From positions 8,359,937-8,423,936 of the forward strand of contig CAVNZM010000011.1 of NCBI GenBank assembly GCA_963693365.1: a stretch of 64,000 nt of DNA, written 5' to 3'. How positions within the stretch are numbered: position 1 is the stretch's first letter; each line of letters begins with the position of its first letter. This DNA comes from Amoebidium appalachense (Eukaryota; Protista; Ichthyosporea). Positions 14,482-29,500 of this stretch are shown piece after piece. The notes under the pieces were generated by a model. It had not been told where the DNA came from, made no database searches, and saw nothing but the letters and a program-made list of their open reading frames with translations. The translations under genes were made by a program, and so were the position numbers.

Positions 14482-15962
14482 AGGGGTTCAGCCAACGTCC
14501 TGGTGTGGACTTCACCGACACCTTTGCCCCCACAGCCAGCCCGACCACCACCAGGTATTTGGTCGCCACTGCCGCAGCCCAGGGCCGCCACCTGAGCCAG
14601 TACGATGTAGACAGTGCATTCCTCAATGCTGAGCTCAGCGAGGAAATCTACATGGCTCAGCCCGAGGGGTATGTGGTGCCCGGCCAGGAGCACCTTGTCT
14701 GCAGGCTGCACAAGGCCATCTACGGGCTGCGCCAGGCTGCACGAGCGTGGGGCGACACCTTCACAGCCGGCCTGGCCAAGCTGGGCTTCAAGCAGGCTGC
14801 AGCCGACCCCTGCCTGTATATTCGCGGCAAGGGCAAGCATATGGAGCTGCTGGTGATCCACATCGACGACATGGTGGCCAGCACAGCCAGCATGCAGGCA
14901 GCCAAGCAGCTGGCCAAGCAGCTGGGCACCATCTTTTCCATCAAGGAGATGCCTCTGGCCGACTGCTTCCTAGGGGTGCAGATTGTGATCTGCAAGCTCG
15001 GCACCATCAAGGTCCACCAGTCTGCCTACACTGCACGTGTGTTGGAGAAATACGGCATGGCTGACTGCAGGGCTGTGGACACACCCATGACCCTCGACAA
15101 GCTGAGCAAAGCCCAGTGCCCTGCCACCCCCAAGGAGATCAGCGCCATGGCGCCATATGTGGCGCTGTACCAGGGCATCGTGGGCAGTGTGATGTACCTG
15201 GCCAGCTGGACCCGGCCAGACATTGCTCAGGCCGTAGGGGTGCTTGCCAGGTTCAACCAGAACCCTGGCCAGGCCCACCTGACTGCTGCAAAGCGCATGT
15301 TGCTCTACCTCAAGGGGACTGCCAGTCACGGCATCACCTACCAGCGCGTCAAGGTGCCGGGCCATGTGATTGGCTACGTGGATGCCGACTGGGCAGGCAA
15401 CCCAGACAACCGCCGCTCCACCTCCGGCTTCGCATTTCCGGAGAGCAACGGAGCCATCAGCTGGTGCTCCAAGCTGCAGACTGTGGTGGCAGACAGCACA
15501 GCAGAGGCTGAGTACGTGAGTGCGGCCCGCGCCACCAAGGAGGCCATGTGGTTGCGCAAACTCCAGCGCGACTTTGGTTTCAGCACCGAGGAGGCCATGG
15601 TGCTGTATGAGGACAACATGGCATGCATCAGCATTGCCAAGGACCCCGTGGATTTTTCTCGCACCAAGCACATCGACATCAATTTGGCACCTGGTGCGCT
15701 GGCACGTCAAGCAGGGCGACGTTGTGCTGGTCTACGTGCCGACCAATCAGCAGGCGGCTGATGCGCTGACCAAGGCCCTGCCCCGTACTGCCCTCGAGAG
15801 CTGCAAGAAGGCCATGGGCATGGACAGCAAGTGTGATGTGGAGGCAGGGGTGTGCTAGTTAATTGCTGTAGGCAACCAGTCCCTGGCTAAGGGGTGCGGC
15901 AATCGACGCTGCGATATGATTGGCTGATTTGTTGATTAGGTGCTATTGTGTTGTAAAGGGTG

Positions 15963-16489
15963 TGTTGGATATACAACCCCAATATCACCATATTATTCGT
16001 GTTTGTGATATATTTACTATGTAACCATCCAACAGTGGTGTACGCGTGTTTTCGTGTGATGGCTAGGTAATCGATCGTGTGATTCCTAGGATGAATTGTG
16101 ATATCTAACTGCCATATGATTGGTTAGGAACGCACCATCCAGATCTAGGGATTACGTAGTCAACCCGGATGCCATCCTGGATAGCTGGTGACTGGATCAC
16201 GGCAGAGTATATAAACCCGCACATGCAACATAATAAAATTGGGAGTTATTACGATAATTGACTGTTGCAACAGACTCTCCGAGCACTGTGTGGACACTTA
16301 GGTGATAGTGCATGCAGCCCGATTAAGTACACACTTAGTAGGTAGTAATTGCACCCATATAGAGACTGATCACCTCCGTGTGTGTGTGTGCAACGACTAT
16401 ACACTCTACTTGTGTTAAACACAAGTGCAGACTCTGCTACGTGTGAGAAGGTAGTTTTCTCTCACTGTCCTCACGACCTTCCGTCAACA
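15963..16489 (+). repeat. Probable 3' LTR of copia element 1
   Basis: Purine-rich AAAGGG just before TGTTGG at 15963; GAGTATATAAA at ~16205; AATAAA at ~16232; candidate end CAACA at 16485-16489. The right boundary is uncertain because no partner LTR is present. Confidence 0.6.
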
Positions 16490-16505
16490 AACGATTTGTG
16501 GCAAG

Positions 16506-18445
<1,940 letters not shown>

Positions 18446-20181
18446 CTGAGATGAAACAAATAAGGTGGGTGCGTGGTTGTGGTACTGACTCTTCTAGCTA
18501 GTTTGGTGGGGTTTTTTTCCTTAGTGCCTTATCAGAAATGTTTAGCTGTTGAAAACAAACCATAGCTGTGCGTGTGAAGTAACATCTGCAAAGTAGGAAG
18601 GCTGCGAGGAAGTGTTACTGCGCAGAAGGAAGACGGTGATAGGTCACGTGTGCTGAATTGGCCTGAGAGTGGAAAAGAAGAGATCAAAATGCGTTCGGCA
18701 TTAGGATGAGCAAATGCCGGAAGGACACCGCAAACAAAAAGAAGAAGAAGGAAGAGAAAAATCCTGCTACCTTTGGAGGTAGTTCTTATTTTTCAAGGCT
18801 GACAAAACTTTCCTTCCGAAGCGACGTGATCACGCGCCAACTCATACCCTTGAAAAATAGAGTATAGTTTATCATACGGCGGCTGAGGCCCGGGTCGCAC
18901 GTGGCGGGCGGAATTCCGCAAGTTTTCTTCCAAGCCTTCGTCTCAGGCCTGTCTCAGTTTGACTGGGCCGGTTTTGCGCTTTGATGGCCCAAACTCTTCC
19001 CGCCTTTTCCCAATTTTGACCAATCAATGGCTGGATTGTAAGTGCCATCTAGTAGATCTACCAATGAAACGCAACTTGAACATAAAAGCAAATGCCTGCG
19101 TTTATTGTACATTCTTTGCAAAATAGGATAATATTGTAGCTTTACGTACCAAGAAACTTGTTGCCTGTCTCCGTTCATTGGCGAACACTCTCTACGAGCT
19201 TACACTGACACTCATTATAATGTTTTTGTCTTCTTGTCAAATATTTTCAAATCTCGGCGGCACAGCTTGCTAATTATGTATTTAATTAGTTATTCTTAGC
19301 TGGCAGCAGCATCCACTGGCGCAGTGCCGCACACAACAGGGTGTGAAATTAGTTGAGTTCACTGGTGGTGAACCACTGACTTCTTTTGCCAGCTTCGAAA
19401 CTCCTCGAGTGGCGCTGAATAACGGTGTCTTAAAAATATTTTTTCCTGTGACTTACAAATCTTCCTGGTGCAAATACCTCTTATGCGGAGATTTCCTTAA
19501 AAAACTGAGGGGTTTGTGGCGAATCCATATTACAGTAACTGCGCTCATTATAGCCCTCCGTTACTATGATCCCCAGGGTTTGCAATTGCTGGCGCAGTCG
19601 GCCCTTTTTTTGGGTGCTTTGTGCAAGCATGAGGTCACATATAGGCAAAGCACTAAACCCAAATCACCACGCTTCCTTTCCTTATCCAGGCAAATTTTTT
19701 TCTGGGGAAAAAAAAAAGGTGGGGAAAAGGGGATTCGTATCACAGTTTGACTACCCACTGGTTCGCTGCTGCCACGATGGGCAAGATGGAGATTCCATAG
19801 TCCTCTGGAATGCGCCAAAAGAGTATAAATACACCAACACCCGCCCACACGCGTCTGTCAGATGAACCGATGGCACCCAACTGCAAAACTGCTAAAGCTC
19901 CGAGACTTAGCGCACGTGTATCAGGTTTTTTACGGTATAAATATAGTTATTGTTTTAGTTTATTACAGTTGTAATTCATTTATCAATTTGCTACAGGCGT
20001 TATCAGTTAATTGGATTATACCGAACAACGCCGCACTGGGGCAAGATATAGACGTGCACATTTACACAGTACTGTAGCCAACGAAACAAATGCAAACTCA
20101 ATTACAAATTTTGGCTAGCAGGCCTTCGTGGTGAGTGACCGTGGCTTTCAATATCTTAACTAAACATATTGGGATGCATCT

Positions 20182-21314
20182 ATGAAAAAAGCACGGAAAA
20201 TGCAATCATCACACATGTTTCTGTGTGCCCTAGGGGCTACCATTGCACCCACGCACGCGCAAGGAATAACCAGTGCGATTGTTTCGGGTGCAGACGTATT
20301 GCGTCAGTCGGTATTGGCCGGACAGATGATGGTGGCCGAGGGAATGAAAGCACGCCCTGCTATTGTTTCAACATCTCTGACGCCACAAGGGAATGGTTAC
20401 ACTCTTAAAACAAGTATGTAATACATTTCGGGGTGGTGACCACGTGGGTGTCTGGGTGGGTGGGTGCACGGCAAGAGGAAGAGGCAGGGAGGGGGGGGGG
20501 GGGGGGGGGGGGGGGGGATACGCGTCTTTCTGTTCTAATCACACCTGTTTTGGGGTCGGGTAGTTTTATGCTATTTAATGGGTGTTTAGCACGGTATCTG
20601 CTGCATACAATTGTGTGCAACAATACTTTTGTGTGTTGGTTTCTGTGCGTACATGTGTGTGTCGGTGTGTGTGTATTTGTTATGTGTGTGTGTGTGTGCG
20701 CGCGCGCCCTTGTGCGTTTGTACGTGTGCGTGTGTGTGTTTGTCGCGTGACTGCTTCACGCACCATGAAAGTGTGTGTGTGTGTATGTGTGTTTGTGCAT
20801 GCGTGTGTTGCTCATCAATGTCGCAATTTGGATTCATACTGGTATGTGTGTGTCCTTGCTGTTTACCGAGTCGAAACTGGTGTCTCTCTACCTTCTTTTG
20901 CACCACATGTATGTTTAGAAGTCTACGTCTAGTACGTGTGCATGAGTATTTGTGTAAGATTCGTGGTTCTTCCTAGCATTGAATTCATGCTACACAACCA
21001 GGCACATCAGTTCGGATACTTCCTTTACCTAGTGCTTGTGTTGTGTCACGCATTTAAGTTAATTTGCAGTGTGAAGGGGGCAAGTGGGGGGGGGGAGGGG
21101 GGGTGGGGGGGGAGGCTAATACCCCACACACTGTTTCACATACATGCTTGCATGCATGCATGCGCACACACGCACACGCACACGCACGCACACTACACAC
21201 TCACATGCGGGTGTGTGCCTACACGCATGCACGCACACACGAACACTCGTTCCCACGTACACAGATATCTAGGTGTGTGCCACAGCACACACACTGCGCG
21301 CGTGCACGCACGCA

Positions 21315-21391
<77 letters not shown>

Positions 21392-21522
21392 ACACACACA
21401 CACACACATCTGACCAACCCACACGCACAAATGTTTCACTTCAGAATCTCTTTTTCCCTCCCAAAAACTGCCTGGTAAGACACAAAACAAAAAAGCATAA
21501 ACGAAGCCACCCTCTCCCCCCC

Positions 21523-21553
<31 letters not shown>

Positions 21554-23256
21554 AAAAAAAAAAAATAGGGAGAGAGAGAAAAGAAAGGAGGAGAAAACTT
21601 TGAAAATAAAGAAAAAGAAGAAAGAGAAGAAACTTTCAAAAAGGTCTCGCTAACAGCCTATGTTACTCTATAGAGCTTAATGGAGCCCCAGTGGAGATTT
21701 CCCTCGAGCCAGCTGTTATCCGTGCCCCCGGATTCGAAGTAGCTGAAGTGGCCGAAGATGGGTCGGAACACGCTGTTCCACCTCCTGTGGAAGACGTATT
21801 CGTTGGCTCAGTAGTCGGGCAACCTGGGTTGTCAGTTTCGGCGCAAATAGACCAAGAAACAGGAAAACTCGATAATTTACGCGCGATAAATCCCGACACA
21901 AAAACAGATATCGTCGCGACAACTGTCCGCAATAAGCTGTTCGGGAAGGACGATGAAATTGCGGTTGTGAACCGAAAAGACATGAAGCCTGCGGTAGTGA
22001 GGGATTCGGGAAAACCCCAGGACAAGATCTTGGAGGTGCCGAAAAACGCAACGCGGCGAGGGCAGGCCAATTCTTTTGTATATGTGCAAGACGTCAACAC
22101 CGGTGGCTTAACCATTGATCAAGCAGCAACGAGGCAACAGAGACTTAGCACCCCTGCCGGTAACTCCACGCAAAAACGTCGCCGTGCGGCAACGGGGAGA
22201 ATGGTGAAAGCCATACGTGTTTTGGTCGATACGGACTATGAGTTTTTCGCTGCGTGGGGAAAAAGCAGCGCGGGAGTGACAAGAAAAGTGCAGCAGATCA
22301 TAGCAACGGTAAACCAACAATATATTCGTCAACTCAACATACAACACATCATATCCAAGATCGTCGTTCGGACCGCGCGCGTTGCGGGGTACCGTTCAAA
22401 CAACGCCGACCAAATGCTTCAAGAGGCGATCAACATGTGGCAAAGCCGCTTTGACGGTTCTTGGGACGCGATGGTTTTCATGTCCGGAAAATCGATGAAC
22501 GACGGTATTCTTGGCTTGTCGTATGTAGGTGCCGTGTGTAGCGAGTATGGGTTTGCCATAGTTCAGATCGACTCTGGACAGCCGCCCACCGACAGTTCCG
22601 ACATCGTCGCGCACGAACTGGGCCACTTGTGGGGCGCCTTCCACTGTAACTGCCCCAAATACACTATGAACGCATACCTCACCGGCGCAAACAATTTTGA
22701 TACGGCGTATACTATCCCCGCCATTAGAGATTATCTCACCACGAGCGCTACGTGCGCGTCAACCATTAGATTCAATGGGTGTGTTAGCGACAGCGAGTGC
22801 CAAAACGGAAAATTTTGCGACGGAAGTGAGGTGTGCCGATCGGGAAAATGTTTCGCCGGAACGCCGGTGTGCAGCTCTGATCTTCAGTGTGTGGAGAGCA
22901 TCAAGAAATGCACACCCAAAATGGGAGTTACGGGGTGTACAAGCGACACGCAATGCCAAAACGGAATATATTGCGATGGTAATGAGGTATGCCGCGCCGG
23001 AAAATGTGCCGCGGGAACCCGCCCATGCGACACGGGTACTATGACGTGTGTTGAAAACACGAAACAGTGTACTAAGAAGGTATCGTGTGGTAATGGTGTA
23101 TGCGACGTGGGCGAGTCATGTAAGACATGTCCGAGAGATTGTCGGTCGCGGCAAGTTACGCCACCGAACAGATACAGCGACTATTGTTGTGGGGATGGGG
23201 TGCGGCAGTTGTATGAGCAGAGAACCCAGGGTGGGATATGTAATTATAACTATTAA
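20182..23256 (+). CDS. Secreted reprolysin-like (metzincin, M12B-type) zinc metalloprotease with C-terminal Cys-rich repeats; exons 20182-20413 and 21674-23256
   Basis: Signal-peptide-like N-terminus; possible furin site KRRR before the catalytic domain; LVDTDYEFF; GLSYVGAVCS; zinc motif HELGHLWGAFH; Met-turn YTMNAY; two C-x4-CQNG-x2-CDG-x-EVC repeats and a CGNGVCDVGESCKTCPRDC motif. Phase-1 GT-AG intron joins in frame. Confidence 0.88.
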
Positions 23257-24229
23257 TATTAGCAGTCAATTTTAGCAATCGATCTGCTTTTAGAGCACCT
23301 GCACCTGTGTCGGAACCTTTCGAATATATGTTTGTTGATGGTATTTTAGCATTGGCCCCATGGTCGAACTGCGTAGCTTTTGAAATGCGAAAGTTGCGTT
23401 CTCTGGTGCCAGTGCCTTTTTTGCTGCTTTCCTTTAAATTTTAATTGTTAAATAATAAAATTGTTATAAATCGATCTGAATGTGTCTTACAGAAACAATC
23501 CAAAGCACAGTAGGCATCATATATATCGCACGGTATGTTGATTGAAAATTGCCGAGAGAGCTTTACAGATTAACATTTCCCCATTTTTGCTATCAGCTAG
23601 GAGTCTGGTGCTCCCCTTTGTAAGTTTACCCACCCGTTGTTGTATGCTACAAGCGTGACCCTTGAAAAGGAGTAAACATGTTCTTACCTCCTGAGTAAGA
23701 TTCGGACCAACAGATTATGGATTTTCATGTACAGCGGCACTCCACACAAAAATACACTAAATCCCATTGATACACTCGTGTATCAACACACTGCCCGCCC
23801 GGCACGACAGCACATGGAAATGACTAAAGTTCTCCCTTTGCCTATATAATGTACATAGGCGCTACACTTCAAATAGTGATTTATTATGAGACGGAGTGGA
23901 TGTGTAGTATTGAATTCTCTTCTGGATACAGGTTCGAGCCTGCTCCGAGGTGTGAGATCGTGCAGGACCCAAGTACGCAAAACAGTGTGCTCTTCAAGTC
24001 TGTAAAAAAACTCGGGAATGACGTGCCTGAATTTGGCGTTCTGATTTCAGTGTTGTTGTATACCCCTAAACCCCAAACTTTACAATCACTTTACACACAC
24101 ACAGAGACACACACACAGAGACACACAGCTAATCTGCTGATGCAAACACGGCACACACATATGCTTAAATGCACTGGTATTGTATACGTTATGTCACACA
24201 TGCACGTTCGCACTTTCAACACCGTAACA

Positions 24230-24583
24230 CACGGAGGGCTCAACCACATCGGCAGAGTGAAATTACAAAACGCAAAATAATTCTGCAATAGGGGAATTGT
24301 TCTGTAAAAAGCAGAATTATTCTGGAAAAGCAGAATCACTGTGCTTTTAGCAGGATCATTCTGCTTTCAGCATAATATTGCTTCGCAAAAGCAGAATCAA
24401 TCTGCTTTTGGCAGAATTATTCTGCTTTTCAAAGATCGATTCCGCTTTTGCAGAATATTTCAGTGCTTTGCTGAATCAGCTTTTGGCGGAATAATTCTGG
24501 TTTTTTGCAGAAGATATCTCCCTTTTGCAGAATAATTCTGCTAGGAGCAACTTGACTCAGCCGATTTGGTTAGACCCTCCATG
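24230..24583. mobile_element. MITE-like element with ~34-bp imperfect TIRs and internal palindromic repeats
   Basis: Left CACGGAGGGCTCAACCACATCGGCAGAGTGAAAT versus reverse complement of right end CATGGAGGGTCTAACCAAATCGGCTGAGTCAAGT. Interior is made of GCAGAATTATTCTGC-type palindromes. No clear TSD. Confidence 0.75.
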
Positions 24584-24791
24584 GGCACGTGTGCAAGCAC
24601 ATGTGCGCGCGTGCGTGCGTCTGTGTGTGTGTGTTCGAGCGCGCGCGCACACACACACACACCACACACACACACACACACACACTACAACACACACACA
24701 CACACACACGCACACACACACACACTGTGATACACATACACACACATACACACACAAACACACACACGCGCGCACACACACACATACACGT

Positions 24792-24863
<72 letters not shown>

Positions 24864-25083
24864 CACACACACACACACAGCGATGCTGCCATGCGCACCC
24901 AGTGTACGCACACGCGTACAGATACACCAACTCACATATATTGCACAAACAGGGATACATCACACACCCCCGGTTAAAATTTACCAGCTCAGAACAGCAT
25001 GCGCCAATGCGTACGCACGTGCATCAAGTACATGCACTGCCTTGCCTTTTTGATCATTGTAGAATTGATCCTTCCGATTCTTT

Positions 25084-25122
<39 letters not shown>

Positions 25123-25926
25123 AAAACAAAAAAAAACCCCCTCCTCCTGAGGCTCCCCTCGTGCCCTTGAAACATGAGTAGGAGGTGGAGGGGTGGGGGA
25201 AGAGGGGGGAGTGGGGGGCCGAGGAGGGGTTCGTACGGGTGAGGTCCCCCCCCAATCCCCCCTCCCCTCCCCTCCGCCCCCCTCTCCTGCCCCGGAAACA
25301 TGAGAAGAAGGTGGAAGAGGGGGGGGGGGGGGGGGGGGAGGGGGGGGGTTGTACGGATGGGGTTCCCTCCAACCCCCTTTCCCCCATCCCTTTTCTGGCT
25401 CTTCGAAGGAGAAGAGAGGGGGGAGGGGGGGGGGGGGGGTAGGCAAAAGGGGAAAAAATTGCCAAGTTCACGGCCGATCCCTACATCAGGCCGGCAGGCA
25501 AGGTCGAAGAATAACGACACAGAATAGTCTTTTCCATAGGTATAACAGGGCCATATGAGTATGGTTTACGCAATTCTAAACCGAGACATTTCATAACCTG
25601 TTAGTAGTAGGGTGGATGACTAGAAGCATTTATGGTCACGGATGCCAGGCTTTTCCGACTCTCCCCACCCCATCCCCCCCACCCCCACCCCACCCCCACC
25701 TCTCCCTTTCAACACACACATAAACACATACATGATACGAACTAATGCGTGTGCTTACGTGCATCAGCCAAACGCAGCGACTCGTCAATCCCCCCACTAT
25801 GTCTGAGATGTTTTTTTTTGGCCTTCTCTTTCCTCCTTCTTTTGTCTTTCCGATGGGCAATAAAATAGTCTCTCTCTCTCTCTCTCTCTCTCTCCCCCCC
25901 CCCCCCCCCCCCTCTCTCTCTCTCTA

Positions 25927-25972
<46 letters not shown>

Positions 25973-26554
25973 CCTGTCTTTCTTTTTTCTTTCTCCCAAT
26001 TTCTCTCTCCCAATTTCTCTCTTTCTCTCCTCTATCCCCCCCCCCCCCTCCCCCCCCCCCCCCCTGGCCCCACTCTCTTTCATCCCTCTCCCCCCCCCCC
26101 CCCCCCACTCTCCCCCCACCTTTCCCCCAGGAACTCTTTACCCCCTGCACCATTTGTCTCTCTAGAATATGTTCCCGACGTTCATCATTGGTAAGGGCTG
26201 TACATCGGTACGCTAAAACTTAATATTTTCCGAATTCAAGATTATAGCGCCAGAAATTCTGGAAAATTTAAGATTCTAGGTAGCTAGCCCTCACGGCATA
26301 TATGTTAGTTTTCCACCTATTCTCCTTCTGGGCTAGGGGGGGTCTAGAAATAAGATTGCAGCTGGCTACAGACAAAACGCACGTAATCTTAAATCCAGTC
26401 TACCCCTGAACACGTAATAGGTGATATAAATCGACTTCGAAGACACCCCGATTATTATCGATAGACAAACCCAAGCAGCCAGGCATGAAACGAAAAAGGT
26501 CCACTTCTGAGACGCATTCAATCAGGCTTTGATATTTGCCTTAGAGTCTCCGAT

Positions 26555-29500
26555 TTGCATGTTGATGAGATCCCCCAACCTCGTGACAGGCCTCCCCTCA
26601 TCCCTCTCGGTGGCTGACACCACTGATTGCTTCGGCTGTGTCTCTGGCAAGACCACCAAGGCCGCGTTCCCCGGCACCAGAACCCAGTGCCCCTTCCCCG
26701 GTGCCAAGTGGCACATGGACTTCTTCGAACCTCCCTGTGCCTCCTATGGTGGCTACAAGGTGGCCCTCATGTGTACCTGTGATGCCTCCGGCTACACCAT
26801 CGTGTACCTCCTCCGTGATCGATCAGAGACTCTCGAATGCGTCAAGGCCCTGGTTGAGAGTATCGACAAGCAACCCGACAAGGTGGTGACTCACTTCCGT
26901 TCCGACTCCGGGTCCGAGTTCACCTCCCATGCCATGGAGCAGTAAAGGCACTTTAACGAATTTTTTGAGGCAAATTTACATTTACTAAGTAAAATTGTAT
27001 AATGTTATGCAGGTTTGAGCATAATAACGTTAAGCACGTTTCAAAAAATTAAAAATGTAATAACTTGGGAACCGCTCAACCAAAATGCACCAAGTTTTCA
27101 CAGTTAGTGCCGTTGTTTTACCCCCTGCACACGTACACTGAGATACCAGCAAAACAGTTTGATCTGCTCAAGCGATCACGAAAAAACATGAAAAAACTTT
27201 TAAAAAACTTTCGGTCAAATTTTTCGGTAAAATCCCTTAGTACTGCCAGTCCAAGGGCATCGTTCAGGAATTTGCCCCGGTTGACTGCCCTCAGCTCAAC
27301 GGCTTCGTTGAACGTAAGAGAGGGATCTGCAAGAGATCGTTCGATGCTTCCGAAGTTCACCAGGACAAGGACGACTCCCTTTCCCCCAAGCTGTGGGGGG
27401 CTGCTCTCAAGCATGCTGCCTACATCATCAACGTGACCCCGGCCAGAGCTGCCAACGGCCGTACACCGTTTGAAGTCTTCTACGGTGTCAAGCCTGACAT
27501 CTCCCACCTGCACGTGTTCGGCTGCCCAGCAGCCTATGTACACGTCCCTGCATCAAAACGAAAAAGTTGGCCTCTACCGTCAAACACGGCACCTACGTGG
27601 GCTGGGACATCACCAACAAGGCTCACAAGATCATGAATGTACGAGGCAACATGGTCAACATCTACCGCGATGTCGTCTTCGACGAATCACAATTCACCAC
27701 GGCATCCAATCAGATTTCTGTGCAGGCCACCATCAGCCGACCTCAATCGATCCATCCCTGCCGTCCCTGGATCCCCACTCCGATGACGATGAAATTCCGT
27801 CGGTGATTCTCCGTCGTTCCCCCCGTCGTGTGCCTGCCCCCGTGGCCCCCCCCCCCCCCCCACCGGCCAGCAACCTCTGCTGCCGGCCCCTGCCGTCGAT
27901 GACCAAGTACCTGGTCATATGACCCCGGTTCGTCCTGGTTCTCCGGAGTTCCACTCGGCCCCGCCCAGCCCCGTGTCATCCGACTCCCCCCTGAGCAACA
28001 CGGCACCCATCCCCGGATTCCAGGCACCCATCCCCGGCCCCCGAGTGTCTGCCCCAGGCACCCCCCCGGCCCCTGAGCCCCTCCGTCCCGTCCCCCGTCG
28101 TTCCTCCCGTCTCTCCTGAGGCTCCCGCCCTGCTACGGCTACTAGTATGGTGAGCATCTCACGGCCCAGCCTTGATGGTGGGTCTCAGCAGCCCCGGTCG
28201 ATTCAGAAGCTGTGCGGACCGGCCCCAAGGGTGATGACGTGGTTGCTGCCCTCACTGCCGAGTACAAGGCCTTTATCGGCAAGGACATCTTCGACGTGGT
28301 TGAACCCCCCTCCGATGCCAACTTGAACATCATCCGATTCAAGTGGATTGTCACGGAGAAGTTACTCAACTCTGCTGGTGACACCAAGATCAAGGGTCGT
28401 GGTGTGGCCAAGGGTTTCACCCAAGTCTACGGTGTTGACTACGGTGACAACTCTTCCCCCGTCGTCATGTCTTCCTCCGTCCGTGCCCTGCTTGCCCTCG
28501 GTGTGCAGCAGGATCACGAGATCCATCAACTCGACATCAGCACGGCCTTCCTCAACAGCCCCCTCGACGAGACTTTGTACATGGAGCAGCCTCCTGGTTT
28601 CATCCTCCCCGGCATCGAACACAAAGTCTGGAAACTGAAGAAGGCCCTCTACGGACTCAAGCAGGCCTCCCTGGCATGGTACGAGTTTTTCAACTCCATC
28701 CTTGTTGCCCACGGCCTCACCCGTATTCGTTCCGATCCGTGCGTCTACTTCCGTCAGTTCCCCAACGGGGAAATCATCCCGATTGGGCAACTACGTTGAT
28801 GATGCTATCATCACCTGCACACGGTACTCCACCCTTATGAAGGAGCTTCAACGGTTCCCCACATCATGACGTCTGCCGAGTGCAAGGTCGGTCTGCCAGA
28901 AATCTTCCTCGGCACCCAGCTGCTCTACAGCAACGACTCCCTCAAGCTGCTGCAGTCCTCCTACATCAAGGACATCATCACTGACTTCAACCTGGCCGAT
29001 GCCAAGCCCAAGGCCACCCCCATCCCCGTGGGCACCGTCATCATCAACGAGGCCTCCCTCTCCTCCCTGCCCACCACTCCATCCCCTACCGTGAACTCCT
29101 CGGCCGTCTGCTGTGGGCAAGTTGCTCGGTGCTCCCAGCCAGACATCTCTTATGCCATTGGCTACCGTGACCTCGGCCGATTCAGCTCCAAGCCCACCAA
29201 GACTGCCTGGGAGCTTCTCCTCCGTGTCGTTCGATACCTGATCGGCACCATCAACCTCGGCCTCTACTACAAGAAGAAGGCCCCCAACAGCAAGGTGCCC
29301 ATCCTTGAGTGCTACTCGATTTCTGACTTTGCTGGCTGCCCCACCGCCCGTGGTTCCACGTCTGGGTACGTCATCCTCCGCGACGGGCACCCCCGTCAAT
29401 TACCACTCCAAGCGGCAATCGATCACTGCAACTTCCACCTGTGAGGCCGAGCTCCGCTGGCCCTCAATGCTGCCGTGCAAGATGTTGCCTGGCACCGTGA

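Larger units (their letters stand above)
11847..16489 (+). mobile_element. Degenerate, 5'-truncated Ty1/copia LTR retrotransposon (GAG-pre-integrase, integrase, RT, RNase H, 3' LTR)
   Basis: WHQRYGH..CEGCAIGK zinc finger; VHVDVGGP / RTDGAGEF / QNGVAER integrase DDE; KFRARLVAKG, DVDSAFLN, KAIYGLRQ, IHIDD RT; DADWAG, AEAEY, EDN, KHIDI, ADALTK RNase H. Order INT-RT-RH is copia-type. In-frame stops at 13147 and 13928 plus frameshifts. No gag, protease or 5' LTR found. Confidence 0.92.

Noticed and set aside
23890-23950. tRNA or tRNA-derived SINE (CAGGTTCGAGCCTG T-arm-like)
   Set aside because: No convincing D arm, anticodon arm or 7-bp acceptor stem; single occurrence.
25140-25375. Possible hammerhead in CTGAGG...GAAAC tandem duplication
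   Set aside because: The core reads CUGAGGC with no stem II; it is a degenerate ~130-bp duplication among G/C runs.
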